From assembly GCA_951406725.2 (NCBI GenBank), contig OX597820.1, forward strand, positions 53,258,001-53,322,000: DNA of 64,000 bases. Reading direction: 5' to 3'. The translations under genes and the position numbers were made by a program. The notes below the pieces were generated by a model. That model searched no databases. It was not told the DNA's origin and was given only the letters and a program-made list of their open reading frames with translations. Source of the stretch: Octopus vulgaris (lineage: Eukaryota). Shown here one piece after another: positions 13,150 to 26,282 of this stretch; position 1 is the stretch's first letter, and every line of letters starts with the position of its first letter.

Positions 13150-13337
13150 TTTTGACATAAGGCCATCAATTATCTGAGTTAAGGAAGCTGACGAAATTGA
13201 CTCCAGTTCTGAACTATTTATTTTATTGACCACGGAAGGATGAACGGCAAAGTCGACTTCGGTGACATTTCAACTTATAACGTAAGTGGGCGTAAAGTAC
13301 TTTGTCTGGCACGGTGACGATTCTGTTAGTTCGCCAT
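13150..13337 (-). mobile_element. Degenerate SINE family A copy
   Basis: Reverse complement of the core (GGATGAACGGCAAAGTCGAC on + strand). Confidence 0.75.
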
Positions 13338-13628
13338 CTTTATTTTGTATATAAATAATGATTTTGAAACGAGGTAGATTGGCAGGATCCATTTGTGCCA
13401 AACTAAATACCTTGTGATATTCAGCCACATACGGTTTGACTCTAGATCACGTTGTGATCAACAGTTTTCTGGATAGATAAAGGCAGTACCAAATAAATAT
13501 TAGTGTTTATCAGGCCAAATATTCTCCATCATCACATTTGATACAATTTAAAAAATGAAGCAATGTAAGTACGTAATACAAGAACATGCTACAACCAAAT
13601 ATAATATAGGTAATATACTCAGTCCTCT

Positions 13629-13857
13629 AAGGCGGCAAGGTGGCAGAAACGTTAGCACACCGGGCGAAATGCTTAGCAGTATTCCGTCTGTCTTTATGTT
13701 CTGAGTTCAAATTTCGCCGAGGTCGATTTTGACTTTCGTCCTTTCAGGGTCGTTTGAATAAGTACCAGTTACGCACTGGGGTCAATATAATCGACTTAAT
13801 CTCTTTGTCCATGTTCGTCCCCTGTATGTTTAGCTCCTGGTGGTCAATAAAGAAATA
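13629..13857 (+). mobile_element. SINE family A, full length (subfamily ending ...AATAAAGAAATA)
   Basis: Head AAGGCGGCAAGGTGGCAGAAACG, B-box GAGTTCAAATTTC, core and 3' tail homologous to copies at 21795, 35629 and 56601. Confidence 0.92.
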
Positions 13858-13929
13858 AATATATTTAGTCCACTTATTTTATTATGATAGCTTTCTATAT
13901 TCTAAACCTTAATGGTTAGAGTACTAAGC

Positions 13930-14270
13930 TCTTTTTTTTTTACTGCATTTCGGTTGGTAAATGCTAGGGTGAAGGGTCCCTTCGATCATGAATGTCCATG
14001 GGATTACACCTAGAATGTTACCCTCCGGGGAACAAGCACGGGCAAGGTTGTTTTGTGGAAGGCCAGTAGACGCCCATGCATACCAGCCTCCCCTTTCCAC
14101 ACCGCCGATGTTACCCAAGAGAAAGGCAAAGGCCGATACTGCTTTGCACTAGTGACGTCGCAACTCATTTCTACAGCTGATGGAAGTGGAGCAACACAAA
14201 AAATAAAGTGTCTTGCTCAAGGACCCGACACATATCACGGTCCGGGAATCGAACTCACTATCTCGTGAGC
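13930..14270 (-). mobile_element. tRNA-derived SINE, head related to family C with a different 3' body
   Basis: Minus strand has B-box GAGTTCGATTCCC then CCTTGAGCAAGACACTTTATTT..TGTTGCTCCACTTCCATCAGCTG, homologous to the element at 43818-44082. Confidence 0.8.
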
Positions 14271-14377
14271 AATGGAAAATAATATTTACTACGTTAAACA
14301 CTAATAGACCAATGAATTGTTAGGACACCAAAAATTCGGTCCTCATTAATGGTATGTCATGACTAAAACCAAAGTGC

Positions 14378-14702
14378 ATTTGTGGCTGTGTAGTAAGAAG
14401 CTTGCTTACCAACCGCATGGCTCTGGGTTCAATCTCACTGCGTGGTACTTTGGGCATGTTTCAACTGCTATAGCCTCGGGCCAACCAAAGCTTTGTAAGT
14501 GGATTCGGTAGACGGAGACTGAAAGAAGCCCGACGTATATATGTGTGTGTGTGCGCTCGCGCGCGCGTTTGTCTCTGTGATTTCATAGCTGTAATATAAC
14601 GGTTCAGTAAAATAGACAGGCTTTAAGAAATGGGTGGATTAAAAATTCAAGGCGATGCCCCAACATGGTCGCAGTCTAATGACTGAAACTAGTAAAAGAT
14701 AA
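14378..14702 (+). mobile_element. SINE family B (tRNA head, CORE-like domain, internal microsatellite, CR1-like tail)
   Basis: GTGGCTGTGTAGTAAG A-box, GGGTTCAATCTC B-box, TATAGCCTCGGGCC..GGATTCGGTAGACGGAGACTGAAAGAAGCCCG, tail CCCCAACATGGTCGCAGTCTAATGACTGAAAC. Confidence 0.88.
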
Positions 14703-15514
14703 ATGTTAGACAATACTGATGCCGCAATGACCGATCGATTACCACTAAGTTGTGAACTGAAAGCCAATTATATTTAGAATACTTGAATGAAGTGCTTATT
14801 TATACAACTGCGTTGAGGAGTGATTACTAATGCTAGTGACAAAAAAATAGTTGCAGCATGAAATAAAGCGTGTTACGGTCTCGGTTCACAGCTAGCTTCA
14901 CATAAGGAAAGTCCTTATTACCTAGTTTAATTCACTGCAGATTTTGAATATTAATCCGGTTCAGTTGTTATTGAGGACAAAACTAATAAATTTAAAGGAT
15001 CGACAAAATTAAAACGCCCCAAGTGTGTATAATACTTTAAAGACCCCCCTACGTTTTTATATTTCAATGTTCGAGTCATTTCCAACTGATTTTAATTGAC
15101 CTAATTTTTTTTAAACTTCTAAGCTCACATCAAAGGAACAAAATGCTTCAAGAACCATCTAAACTGAAATACATTTCAATTCTCCCCGATCATTACTAAC
15201 TAAATAATTTAATTATCAAAGAGATAACCCCATCCCCCAATCACTTTTTTTAACAAGGTCTGATAAACAATAGTTCCTTTTAATAAACAACTGTTTCAGG
15301 GCGACCGTCCTAATTTACTCCGCTGGAGAACAAACATGCAAACATATGAATGCACTGACTCACACAGATACATAACTTCTCACACATGCTCACAGATATG
15401 CACTATGCGCATACTCATTGACAGAGTCGCAATGGTATACACAATTTAAATACTGAAATTTTGTGGACATACTTACTGGTGATGCATATTAAATGTTGAT
15501 ATTATTGTCTACAT

Positions 15515-16825
15515 ATGTATGTGTGTGTATATGTGTGTGTGTGTTTGTGTGTGGACGCGCATATATCTGTTGTGACTCAGATATTTGCGTTTCGTGTTGT
15601 GCGTTGCGTATAGCTTTGGGAGATTTTCTATGATATGAGTAAATATGTGAGGTGATGTGTGTCTGTGTGCATACATGTATGCGTCTGTATGAATGTATTT
15701 GTGAATGTGTGCTTGAGTGTGCACGTATGTGCATATTTTTTATGTGTAGTTATGTATATAAATATATGTATTTATGTTTATATATATATACATATATATT
15801 CACATAAATACATATATACGATATATTTAATACTGTATATCTATATACGTTTATACGCACGCGTCTCTCTCTCTCTATATATATATATATGTACGTATAT
15901 ATTGATGCATATGCATATGTACACACACACACATATATATATATATTTGTGTGTATGTGTGTGTGTGTATGTGTGAGTGTGTGTTTGTGTGCACAAATTT
16001 CGTATGAACATATACTTACATATATATATGCGCAATGCATGTGTGTATGAGTGAGCAAGTGCTTGTCTGTATGCATTCGTGTGTGCTTCTGTGTGTGTGT
16101 TTGTGTATGTGTGTTTGTGGCGTTTATACAGATCTTATGTATAACACAAAGAAACCTATTTACAACGTTAAGCAAAAACATAGATACATGCGGAGAAAGA
16201 ATGGTATTCTAAAGTTCTACAACATAATAGTACGTACTTCCCTCAATGTGACACCCCACCTTCAGCTCTCAAAACGGCTCATAAACCCCTCAGCCATTCT
16301 TGCGATGTCACCCAGGGGAGCCAAGAAGTATTTATTGCATTTATTGGGATTAAAAAAAAATGTATGTACATATATATTGAAACAAAATATAGTGATGCAA
16401 CAAAAGGAAAAACTACGAAGATTAAATGCGACCGTGACCTATAAAAGAGAAAAGAACCCGAAGGTTCTGTTTTAAATGGTTTCGTGTGTTTCTTTGAATA
16501 ACGCGAAGGAGTAAGGACCACAGTGAGGATAAGAATATACACATACATGCATTCATACATACATGCATGCATGCATACATACATACATGTATACATACAT
16601 ATGTATATGTATATATATATGTATATGTGTATATATATATGTGTATATATATGTATATATATATATGTGCATATATATGTGTATATATATGTATATATAT
16701 ATATACATATACATATGTATACATAAACACACACATACACACACACACATACACACACACACATACACACACACACATAGAAAATTAATTTAGAAAGAAG
16801 TTTGCAATGTTTCAACAAAAAGGAA

Positions 16826-16906
<81 letters not shown>

Positions 16907-17052
16907 TACATATATAAACTTACATATATTTTGCTTGTTTCAGAATCTGCCTTCAAGAATCCCTTAATCGAATTAATGGATGCTTATATATGGATGTGTG
17001 TGTGTGTGTGCAATAGTTTACATAAATGCATATATGTATATATATATATATA
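15515..17052. repeat. Degenerate (TG)n/(TA)n/(TACA)n microsatellite-rich region
   Basis: Direct reading. Unique islands at ~16140-16520. Confidence 0.85.
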
Positions 17053-17102
17053 GGGAGACTTCACACACAAAAAACAACAAAATACGAAGACAGGTGGTGT
17101 AG

Positions 17103-17140
17103 ACTTTAAAGTTTCGAGCCTACGCTCTTCCACAGAAAGA
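17103..17140 (-). ncRNA. Minimal type-I hammerhead-ribozyme-like motif (Penelope-type)
   Basis: Minus strand TCTTT-CTGTGGA-A-GAGC(GTAG)GCTC-GAAA-CTT-TA-AAG: variant core, perfect 4-bp stem II, GAAA, short stem I. Lies in a ~150-bp insert between (TA)n tracts. Confidence 0.6.
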
Positions 17141-17495
17141 AACAAGGAGAGAAAATAAAGAATATGTAGTGTCTAGCGATCTATCATGACGATCTATCAT
17201 ATATATATATAGTTGAAGAATAAATAGAAAGTTGTTGCTACAGTAATATATATATATATTTGAAGAAACGAATAAAGATGGTTGTTCTGATAATAATTCC
17301 ACTGTAATAATTAGTTGCTTATAAGTTTGCAAAAGGTTTTGTAAACCCATAAACATCTAATTATTAAAGTGGAAAAATTATCAGAAAAGCCATTTTTATT
17401 CTTTTTTTTTCAAACAAATTTATATGTATATACGTGTATGTGTGTATAACAAGCCTTCTTGCATCTATATAATATACATATATATGCAAAATGCA

Positions 17496-17547
<52 letters not shown>

Positions 17548-17891
17548 CACACATATATATGCACATATAGAGAGAATAAATACATATGTGTGTGTATCTG
17601 TGTGCGCCTGCGTTCATAAATATAGTTAGTAATTTTCTTGGTTTAGCAAGAAAATTACTAACATTTCAATGACGTGATTGAAACCGGTGATTGAACACGA
17701 ATTCTCAAGAAATTACCGCCAGTCCTCGAAGTAGGTTTTTTTTTCTTTTTCGTTGTTTTATCGAAGTAAAATATACGCAGTCGAGAAAAAACGAACTTCG
17801 TGTATGTCAAACGTATTAATTTTCTCCCATCCGCGTAATTTAGCCTGTTTCAGAAAAATATCTTGTGTGGCAACACCTGCTTGCGTGCACA

Positions 17892-17939
<48 letters not shown>

Positions 17940-18002
17940 TACAAACATGCATACCTACATATACACAAAGCATATATACACACGTGCACACTTCCACAGT
18001 TG

Positions 18003-18375
18003 GCGTGGCTTGCCAACCACATGGTTCCGGGTTCAGTCCCGCTGTGTGGCAACTTCAACAAGTGTCTTCTACTATAGCAACGGGCCGACCAAAGCCTTGT
18101 GAGTGGATTTGTTAGACGGAAACTGAAAGAAGCCTGTGTATATATGTATATGTATATATGCATGTGTATAGTTATATGTATGTTTGTCGCCCTGCCATTG
18201 CTTGAAAATTGATGCTGTGTTTGCGTCTCCGTAACATAGCGGTTCGGAAAAATAGACGGATAGAATAAGAGCTAGGCTTACAAAGAATAAGTTCTGGGGT
18301 CGGTTTCTTCGACTAAAACCTTTTAATATGATGCTCCAGCATGGCCGCTGTCAACTGACTTAAAAAAGTAAAAAG
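18003..18375 (+). mobile_element. SINE family B
   Basis: GGTTCCGGGTTCAGTCCC, CAAGTGTCTTCTACTATAGC, internal TA/TG tract, tail GCTCCAGCATGGCCGCTGTCAACTGACT. Confidence 0.9.
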
Positions 18376-19189
18376 CATAAAAAAAATAATGAAGAAATAT
18401 ATTTTCTCATCTAAAATTAATGAATAAAATCTTACCCGACGCTTATTATTACGCAATCAAGCAAAACATTATAAACATGGTGCTCCATTATGGCCGCAGT
18501 CAAATGTTTGAAACAAGTAGAAGAATAAAAGAATAAAAGAATAGAAACAGATTCATCCATGCACGTAGGACCACACCCGAATAAATAATCGCAAATAACA
18601 AGTTTTTATACATAATTTAAACATGGAGCTTAAACAATGAATGTATATCAGGTACATACTTATATAATTTATATAACATGAAAAAACGAGGCAGAATACG
18701 AAAATATATTTCATTGATTTTTACCGTATTTTGTCAACAATAACGTTGCTACTCATAAGCTTCCCACCTACCGATCGTTAGTACAAAATATTTATGACGT
18801 AATGAGTGCTGCGGAAATGGTTTCACACGGGGGCGGAACAAATATCATAAATTATATTTGTTGGAGTGCACAGGATTACCCAGATTTCTCCCGTCTCCAT
18901 TAGCTTGCACCGATAAACATCGTCGTCACACGCACAAGCACATACACACACGCTCACACACAGAGATACACATATACACATACATACATACACATACATA
19001 CATACACATACACGCACACTCCTCATAAATATACTTATCTATCCATCCAAACAGACTCGGATGGATATATATATACATACATACATACATACATACATAC
19101 ATACATACATACATACATACATACATACATACATACATACTTACGTTCATACATACGTACGTACATACATACTTACATACATATACAAA

Positions 19190-19366
19190 AATAAATAAAT
19201 GGAGTTAAACGCAGCTGTTATTGAAATTCTTTTACTTCCGACACATGTTTCGAAGATATCATTGGTATTATTCCAAAGGAATAAAATGAATAATGCCAAT
19301 GATATTTTCGAAACATTTGTCGGGAGAGAATTTGAATAACACCTGCGTTTTCTATTTATTTATTTA
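19190..19366. repeat. Long imperfect palindrome (~80-bp arms, 14-nt loop) with a hammerhead-like half-core in each arm
   Basis: Arm 19190-19273 is the near reverse complement of 19288-19366. Each arm reads CCAATGA-TAT(T/C)TTC-GAAACAT(T/G)TGTC-GG in its own orientation. Confidence 0.85.
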
Positions 19367-19525
19367 TATATATTGTACAAAATATTTCACGTAAACCCGG
19401 ATTTTCTACCTTTAAAAACAAGATGTTACGCCCTTTTTACTTTTGTGATGTTTTGATACCCTGGTACCTATTTATCTATTTATTCCGTGTTAATTGTAAA
19501 CAAGGGAAAAATACACAAAACTGTT

Positions 19526-19599
<74 letters not shown>

Positions 19600-19869
19600 G
19601 ACGGGGCTCCGTACAGTTTCTGCCTAAGTAAACCCTGTTACAAAACTTTAGACAATGCCAGATGATGACAGAATGCATTTAACCAAAATGTTGCACCATT
19701 AGTTTCAACTTGCAACCAAGAACATCCCCACCGAATTTCATGACCACATGACCACATGAGTATTATAAATACAGACAGACATACACACAAACACACACTC
19801 ACAGACAGATAAGTAGACAGACAAGCAAAGAGATAGACACAAATCTATATTACGTATTCCTATACACGT

Positions 19870-20215
19870 CTCACTGGATTCTTCTGTGTTTGTTTGGCAC
19901 TCTGTATTGGATGTTCCAAGTGCATTTTGATGCTAAATGAGTTCTCTGTTTCAAGTTGCAACGAAATGTTACCTGATAATCCGTTATGGTTAAGCATGCA
20001 CTTGTTTTGAATCATTCCACGCAGAGTTCCAAACAGCCGCAATGATGAAACGTATGTAGGAACAAATAACATAAACTTGTGCTTATCATAATTCCTTCTT
20101 CATTGGCTCTGTATTTCATAGCTAGAATTTCTATGTACAGTAGTTGCTGAACCATTGCGATGAAAGTTGAATGGACATTGAAAATCTATGTTGAGCGGTA
20201 AACTTAACAGTAGCA
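19870..20215 (-). mobile_element. Possible decayed RLE-domain relic of a non-LTR retrotransposon
   Basis: Minus-strand fragments 'NIDFQCPFN', 'FIIAAVW' and 'QNALGTSN' echo the RLE motifs IDVxCPF / FIVGALG / ALLGT. Frameshifted. Confidence 0.35.
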
Positions 20216-20414
20216 ATCGTGCATTTATTTTTGTTGTTTAATCTTTTTACACGTGTCAGTCATTTGACTGCAGCCATGCTGGAGCACCACCTTAAAGCGT
20301 TTTAGTCAAAGAAACCATCGCCAGGACTTTGTAAGCCAAGTATAATAAAGGTAAAACGATGTTTTATGGGGTGTCTGTTTATTATCATATCTGTGTGTGC
20401 GCGTGTGTGTGTGT

Positions 20415-20480
<66 letters not shown>

Positions 20481-20587
20481 CTTAGCCACAGCTGTGATAG
20501 TAACCAGTTCTTAGATTTCAATATCTATATACTAACTATACGTATATATCTAACTAGATTCCTAGATAGTTAGTTAGTCAGATCGAC

Positions 20588-20647
<60 letters not shown>

Positions 20648-21206
20648 ATACGTATATAAGTATGTATATTTGAGTGGTTTTGTACACACACACACACACA
20701 CACATATCTCCATACAAATATATTCGCATCAATAGTTTTCTACATGTTTAATCAATATATTCTCCTCTCGTTGTCTCTCGGTCTCTCTTCTCATTGTTAA
20801 ATAATTAATTCATTGTTTACATAACATCAATCAATAACAAATTAACTGTGATTTCTATGTCATTTATAAAATTGCTTTTCTATTTGATCGTTTGATGATA
20901 ATGGTTGTTGGTAATTGGACGGGAAATGCCATGTTTTTTTAATAAACTCTGTATTACAGGTGCAGCTGATGGAAACTAGCAGTAATATCTTAACAATGTA
21001 ATGATGCCTATGAACGTTCTATTCTTCATATAAATATTTCACTCGACTTACTCTTTAAAGCTGTGATTTCATGCTGTAGTCAGTAATATGGTGTATGACA
21101 AACCTATCCAGGATTGCCTGGCCATAATAAGGTATAAGATGTCGAAGTTTTAACAGAGCCAGAGATGTATTTATATTTTAGAGCTTACGAAATGTTTTAA
21201 ATCATT

Positions 21207-21420
21207 ATTTCTGGCGGCGATTTGGCAGAATTGTTAGTACACCGAGGAAAATGCTTAGCGGTATTTCGTCCATCTTTACATTAAGCGTTGAAGCTCCACT
21301 GAGGTCCACTTTACCTTTCATTCTTTCGATGTTGATAAAATAAATACGAGTTGAACAGTGGGGTCGATGTAATCGACTCACCCCACACTCCTGAACGTAC
21401 TGGCCTTGTGCCAAATTCTG
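21207..21420 (+). mobile_element. SINE family A
   Basis: GGCGGCGATTTGGCAGAATTGTTAG head, core, GGCCTTGTGCCAAA tail. Confidence 0.88.
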
Positions 21421-21794
21421 TAACTTTTATTATTATAATTTATGTTGTTATTATTTTGCAATGAGAAATAGGTTATTAACATTGTACTCGTGGACGAAGG
21501 GAGACTTACTGGGCAAAGTTGAATTCAGTCGTGTGACATAATCAGATAACTGTGTCTACCCTCTACTATAATTTCAGTTGATATCTCAATGTTTTGAAGT
21601 CAAGGTTAATTACTCTTTTGACGGGTGAGATTTTTTATTGCCAATATTGAAAGGTTGATACAGAGTCTCTTGTTAAAATTTTGCTCACAAAAATTGGTGG
21701 TAAGATTTTTTAAGTTTGTAGAGGATAAACATGATGGAAGAAATTACAACTTTGAACAATTCGTCATTTTAGGAAATGGCGAGGCTTGAATACC

Positions 21795-22021
21795 TATTTC
21801 TTTATTACCTACAAGGGGCTAAACACAGAGGGGACAAACAAGGACAGACATAGGTATTTAGTCGATTATATCGACCCCAGTGCGTAACTGGTACTTAATT
21901 TATCGACCCCGAAAGGATGAAAGGCAAAGTCGACCTCGGCGGAATTTGAACTCACAACGTAACGCAGACGAAATACCGCTAAGCATTTCGCCCGGCGTGC
22001 TAACGTTTCTGCCAGCTCGCC
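21795..22021 (-). mobile_element. Young SINE family A copy with 16-bp TSD
   Basis: TSD GCGAGGCTTGAATACC at 21779-21794 and 22022-22037. Body nearly identical to 35629-35850. Confidence 0.96.
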
Positions 22022-22189
22022 GCGAGGCTTGAATACCCTTGAGTGATACGTCGTTTCCACTTTCAAGGCAATAGTGTTGTAATTTGAAGGAATTTGGTAG
22101 CTATTTCTAGCAAATTAAATTATCTCATTGACTGGATATATAGTGATAAATACCATCAAACATCGTAAAATATCTTTGTAGGAGACAAC

Positions 22190-22530
22190 CAGCTCCAGAG
22201 AATCATCAAGGGAAGTATATGACCGAATAGAAATCCAATCCGAACTATACGTTGTGATTCGATGGACGAAAGAAGCAATATACTGCTGAACAAGAAAAAT
22301 TCGTGCTCATACACATTGAAACAGGGAAAACACGGTGGGAACCATATCCTCTTCCAATGTGCGAGCTCCACGTAGCGTCATAGAACAGGAGAGACATAGG
22401 TATAACTGTGGAAAACAACCTCAGGCTGGAGTGCATGCATCAGCAATAAAGTCGATATGGTCTCCAGAATGTGATCATAGATCATTAAAATATTTTCTAT
22501 CTAAAGATCCTGATGCCATCATTTTTTCTT
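22190..22530 (+). mobile_element. Old CR1/L2-type LINE reverse-transcriptase C-terminal fragment
   Basis: Frameshifted translation DRIEIQSELYVVIRWT..NILLNK..FVLIHI..EQER.IGITVENNL.WSACISNKVDMVSRM..SKDPD matches the CR1 pattern LQxDL..W..LNxxKC / EKDLGV..xxLxW. Confidence 0.65.
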
Positions 22531-22664
22531 CGCAACGTTTGCTAAATCTCACCTTGAATATTGCCGCTTATTATAGTCGCCGTACACGAAACAAAATATT
22601 ATGAGATACCAAGCATCCTAGAAATCGATCACAAAAACAAACAAGAACACCCAGTGAGTGCACT

Positions 22665-22872
22665 GCTTGACAACCGGTTTTGGTATATTTGTGTCCCCCA
22701 CCTCCGTAACTTAGCGGCTCGGCAAAAGAGATCGATAAAATAAGTACCAGTCGTAAAAAAAGAACAAAAATGAAGTATATATGAGGTCGATTCATTCAAC
22801 TAAAAATTCTTCAAGGCGGTGCCACTCCATGGCACCAGCCAAATTACTGAAACAAGTAAAAGATAAAAAGAT
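22665..22872 (+). mobile_element. 3' half of SINE family B
   Basis: GCTTGACAACCGG..CCGTAACTTAGCGGCTCGGCAAAAGAGA..AAGGCGGTGCCACTCCATGGC..ACTGAAACAAGTAAAAGA. Confidence 0.85.
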
Positions 22873-22897
22873 AAGAGAGAGATAAAGTTCACGAGCA

Positions 22898-23477
22898 GAT
22901 GTCAACTGAGTAGATATACACAGTGAATTGATATTGGCTACTTAGATATATATACAGTGTGTAGATGACGATCTGAGAAATAAAAAGACCATGTAGATTT
23001 TAACTGGAAAAGACAGACACAGAGTATTGATAGTCGTTGAATAAACAGAAAAGCTTGATGTTGACAGGATAGATAAACATAGTGTATAGCTTTTGAATGA
23101 CTATGTCAACATTCTGTGTAGATGTTGCTACATAGATAGAGGATATGTGTTGGTATCGACTGTCTTGATATAAGCATTTAGATGTTCACGGGCGATGTTA
23201 ACTGGATTGCTAAGCGTGCATATATGTTAATTGAAGAGATAAACAGTGAGAAATTACCAGAATGGATGATAGAAAATATCTTAGAGGAATGTTGTGTATG
23301 TTATATATTGGAGTGGAATCGGCTGTGCATAATCAACTGCGTATGTATGTATATATGCATTGCATATATGTATGTATGTATGTATCTAACTATCACACAC
23401 ACTCACACGCACATATATATATATATAATGATTGATATGGAAGACGGAGTGTAACAAAAAGCTTATATGCGTATGTG

Positions 23478-23574
<97 letters not shown>

Positions 23575-24685
23575 ACAGATATTCTATAATTATAAACATA
23601 ATTATAATTAGGGGTCAGCTAATTGTTTCACCACATACCGAATTTAGAAATAGGAGTTAAAAAATTCCTTTTCTACTACCGTAAGAATCTCCCAGGCAGT
23701 AACACACTTTATGTATATATATATAGTAGTCGTTTTGACTGCTTCTTCTAGCGTATAAAATTACCTGTTAAATGTAGTTTCTCTTGTGTTTAAATGTACG
23801 CTATTCTCTCTCTATATGTATACACACACACACATACACACTAAATGATTGGTACGGAAGATGGAATGTAACAATAAGCTTATATATATAGATATATGTG
23901 TGTATGTATGTATGTATGTATGTATGTATGTATGTATGTATGTATGTATGTATGTATGTATGTATGTATGTATGTATGTATGCATGTATGTATGTACGTA
24001 CGTATGTACGTATGAATGTATAAGAGAGAGATACAAGTTTTTAGAATCAGAAAAATTTCCATCGACAGAAATAATCTAAAGATTTAGTAGACAAAATCTT
24101 GAGTGTGAAGATAATGATGGGATAGATAGACTTTGAGTAGATATCGGTTGCACGCGCGCTTGTGTGTAAGTGTGGGGGGGGTGGGGGTTCACGCATGCGT
24201 ACGCACAGTTTTATGCACTACCTAAAAATGAAAACTGTGTGCTGATTTTGGCTAGATGGCTGAACTTTCTATGTGTTGTCGAAAGACCTCAATAGTCTAT
24301 AGATAGAGATTGTGTTTTTTACATAAAATGTGATGATCGTGTTGTGCGAGCGGCAAAGGAAAACATCGTGTTGTATAATCGCTGAAGCCTGTAAATATGG
24401 CGCATGAAAAGAAGATAGATTTTGTCTATGCAGAAACAATGTGTAGTTGTTGACTACACACAGACTCTCTATACAAAGATACAATGATGTATAAATAAAT
24501 AAATACAGCGTGTGAGTATTAGCTAGACATATGAAAACACTGTGTAGATGTGGAAGTTTAAAAAAAAGAACACATTTTATGTTGACTGCATAGAGTCACG
24601 CAGTGTACAAAGGTCGACTGGAGAAGCCATTATAGTACATAGAGACATACAGTTTGTATTTGCTGACCAGATGGATCGATGCAAT

Positions 24686-24690
<5 letters not shown>
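22898..24690. repeat. Cryptic, highly diverged ~32-bp minisatellite (approx. consensus GATGTTGACTGGATAGATAAACACAGTGTGTA), interrupted by microsatellites
   Basis: Successive 28-34 nt units beginning GATGTCAAC, GATATTGGC, GATTTTAAC, GATGTTGAC, GATGTTGCT at 22898-23260. Similar units (TGTTGACTGCATAGAG..CAGTGTA) at 24060-24690. Confidence 0.6.
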
Positions 24691-24746
<56 letters not shown>

Positions 24747-24747
24747 C

Positions 24748-24781
<34 letters not shown>

Positions 24782-24812
24782 ATTGTGGTGTGGTGGTGGT
24801 ACCAGTAGTAGT
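24685..24812. repeat. (AGT)n microsatellite
   Basis: Direct reading. Confidence 0.97.
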
Positions 24813-24814
24813 AG

Positions 24815-24915
24815 AAGAGACATCTTGTTTTAATCTTCCTTCTATGGTAACAGACAGCATATCATGCTCCAGAGAGCAACATTGACAAACGTGGCTTATA
24901 TAATGTCGTGTAGTT
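24815..24915 (-). mobile_element. Possible RTE-type LINE C-terminal relic
   Basis: Minus-strand YISHVCQCCSLEHDMLSVTIEGRLKQ resembles the RTE 'YFGHxxRxxSLEKxxMxGxIEGxR' motif. Confidence 0.4.
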
Positions 24916-25468
24916 TATTATTTTTTTTTTCAATCAGGTTTCGTGAATAATAGTGTCGTTTACAACAAGCCAATCTCTGGTTAACTGCATTTATTTATTT
25001 ATTTATTTATTTGTTGGCAAGAGTGACAAGGGAGTGTCTGTGCAACTCGGGCGGAACGAAAGCCACACAATGCTATAGCATCGGTTTATCATTTCTCCCG
25101 CTAATATTTAGACACCAACGAAAGATACACGAATATACAAGCACACGTCTACATGCATACACACGCACACACACACACTGTACACACATACACAGACCGT
25201 ACACATACACACGCACACACACACACATGTATATATGTCGCATATTCACACACCGAAACATTCAATACCTACAATATATATAGTTTGCAAATGCTTTCTT
25301 TCTTCATCTTTTCCTCTCTGTCTGTCTGTCTGTCTCTCTCTGTCTCTCCCCACACACGTGCGCACTTGCTTACTTGTGTATACAATCACACACTGACTTA
25401 AAATCACTAATATATGTGTGTGAGTGTGAGCGTGTCTGTGTATGTGCGTGTTTCTGTGTGTGTCTGTG

Positions 25469-25499
<31 letters not shown>

Positions 25500-25797
25500 T
25501 GTTTTTTGTTTTTTATATTCGTGTGGCACCGTCCGTTTTGCTGTCCCTGTGTTCGTATGCATTCGATCCTTCTTCCAGGAAATCTACGCTCCTAGCTTAG
25601 TTTTTCTAATGCTCGTTGCTTAGTTTTTCCTGGAGGGCTGGCCGGATCTAGTAATCTCAAGATTAATCAGCCGAAATTACTACGATGATCCGGTTCTTGA
25701 CTGAAGACTGAGGGCTTCGAATGTCCTGTCTGAGTTTGTTGTATCGTCTTCTAAGTGTTATGCGTTCTTGTCCCAGTTTGTATTTTTCTACATATCA
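25500..25797 (+). mobile_element. Dispersed ~300-bp repeat inserted in (TA)n, copy 1 (second copy at 46760-47050)
   Basis: Near-identical GTTCGTATGCATTCGATCCTTCTTCCAGGAAATCTACG..GATTAATCAGCCGAAATTACTACGATGATCCGGTTCTTGACTGAAGACTGAGGG in both places. (TA)n on both flanks here. Confidence 0.9.
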
Positions 25798-26282
25798 TAA
25801 TATATATATATATATATATATATTTGTGTGTGTCTGTGTCTGTGTGCGTATGCATATATATGTGTAGGTGTATGTGTGTGTATGTATATACACATATATG
25901 CGAGTGTATTTTATAATATAGATAGATAGATACCTGCATACATGCATACATGCATCGAAATTTCTGTTTTGCAGTCAAATTCAGAACAAAATATTCATGA
26001 ATCGAACTTGGTCAATCAATCATACCAACCCTAGAATACATCTACAATTTGATACCGAATTGTGCACACGTAGGGGAACTGAACGATTCAGGTTCGAATT
26101 TCATTGAGGTCAACATACCTTTCCATCAAACCTCTAGTTCTGTTAATTGGCTTCGATAATTGAGCAAGCTTTGACACCTGCCTTGGTGATACTTTTATCT
26201 AGAGAAAGGAATGGAGGTTGTAGCAATATTATCATTGGTTGCTTTGAAGTCTTCTAGTGCACATACATGGCAGGACAAAGAT

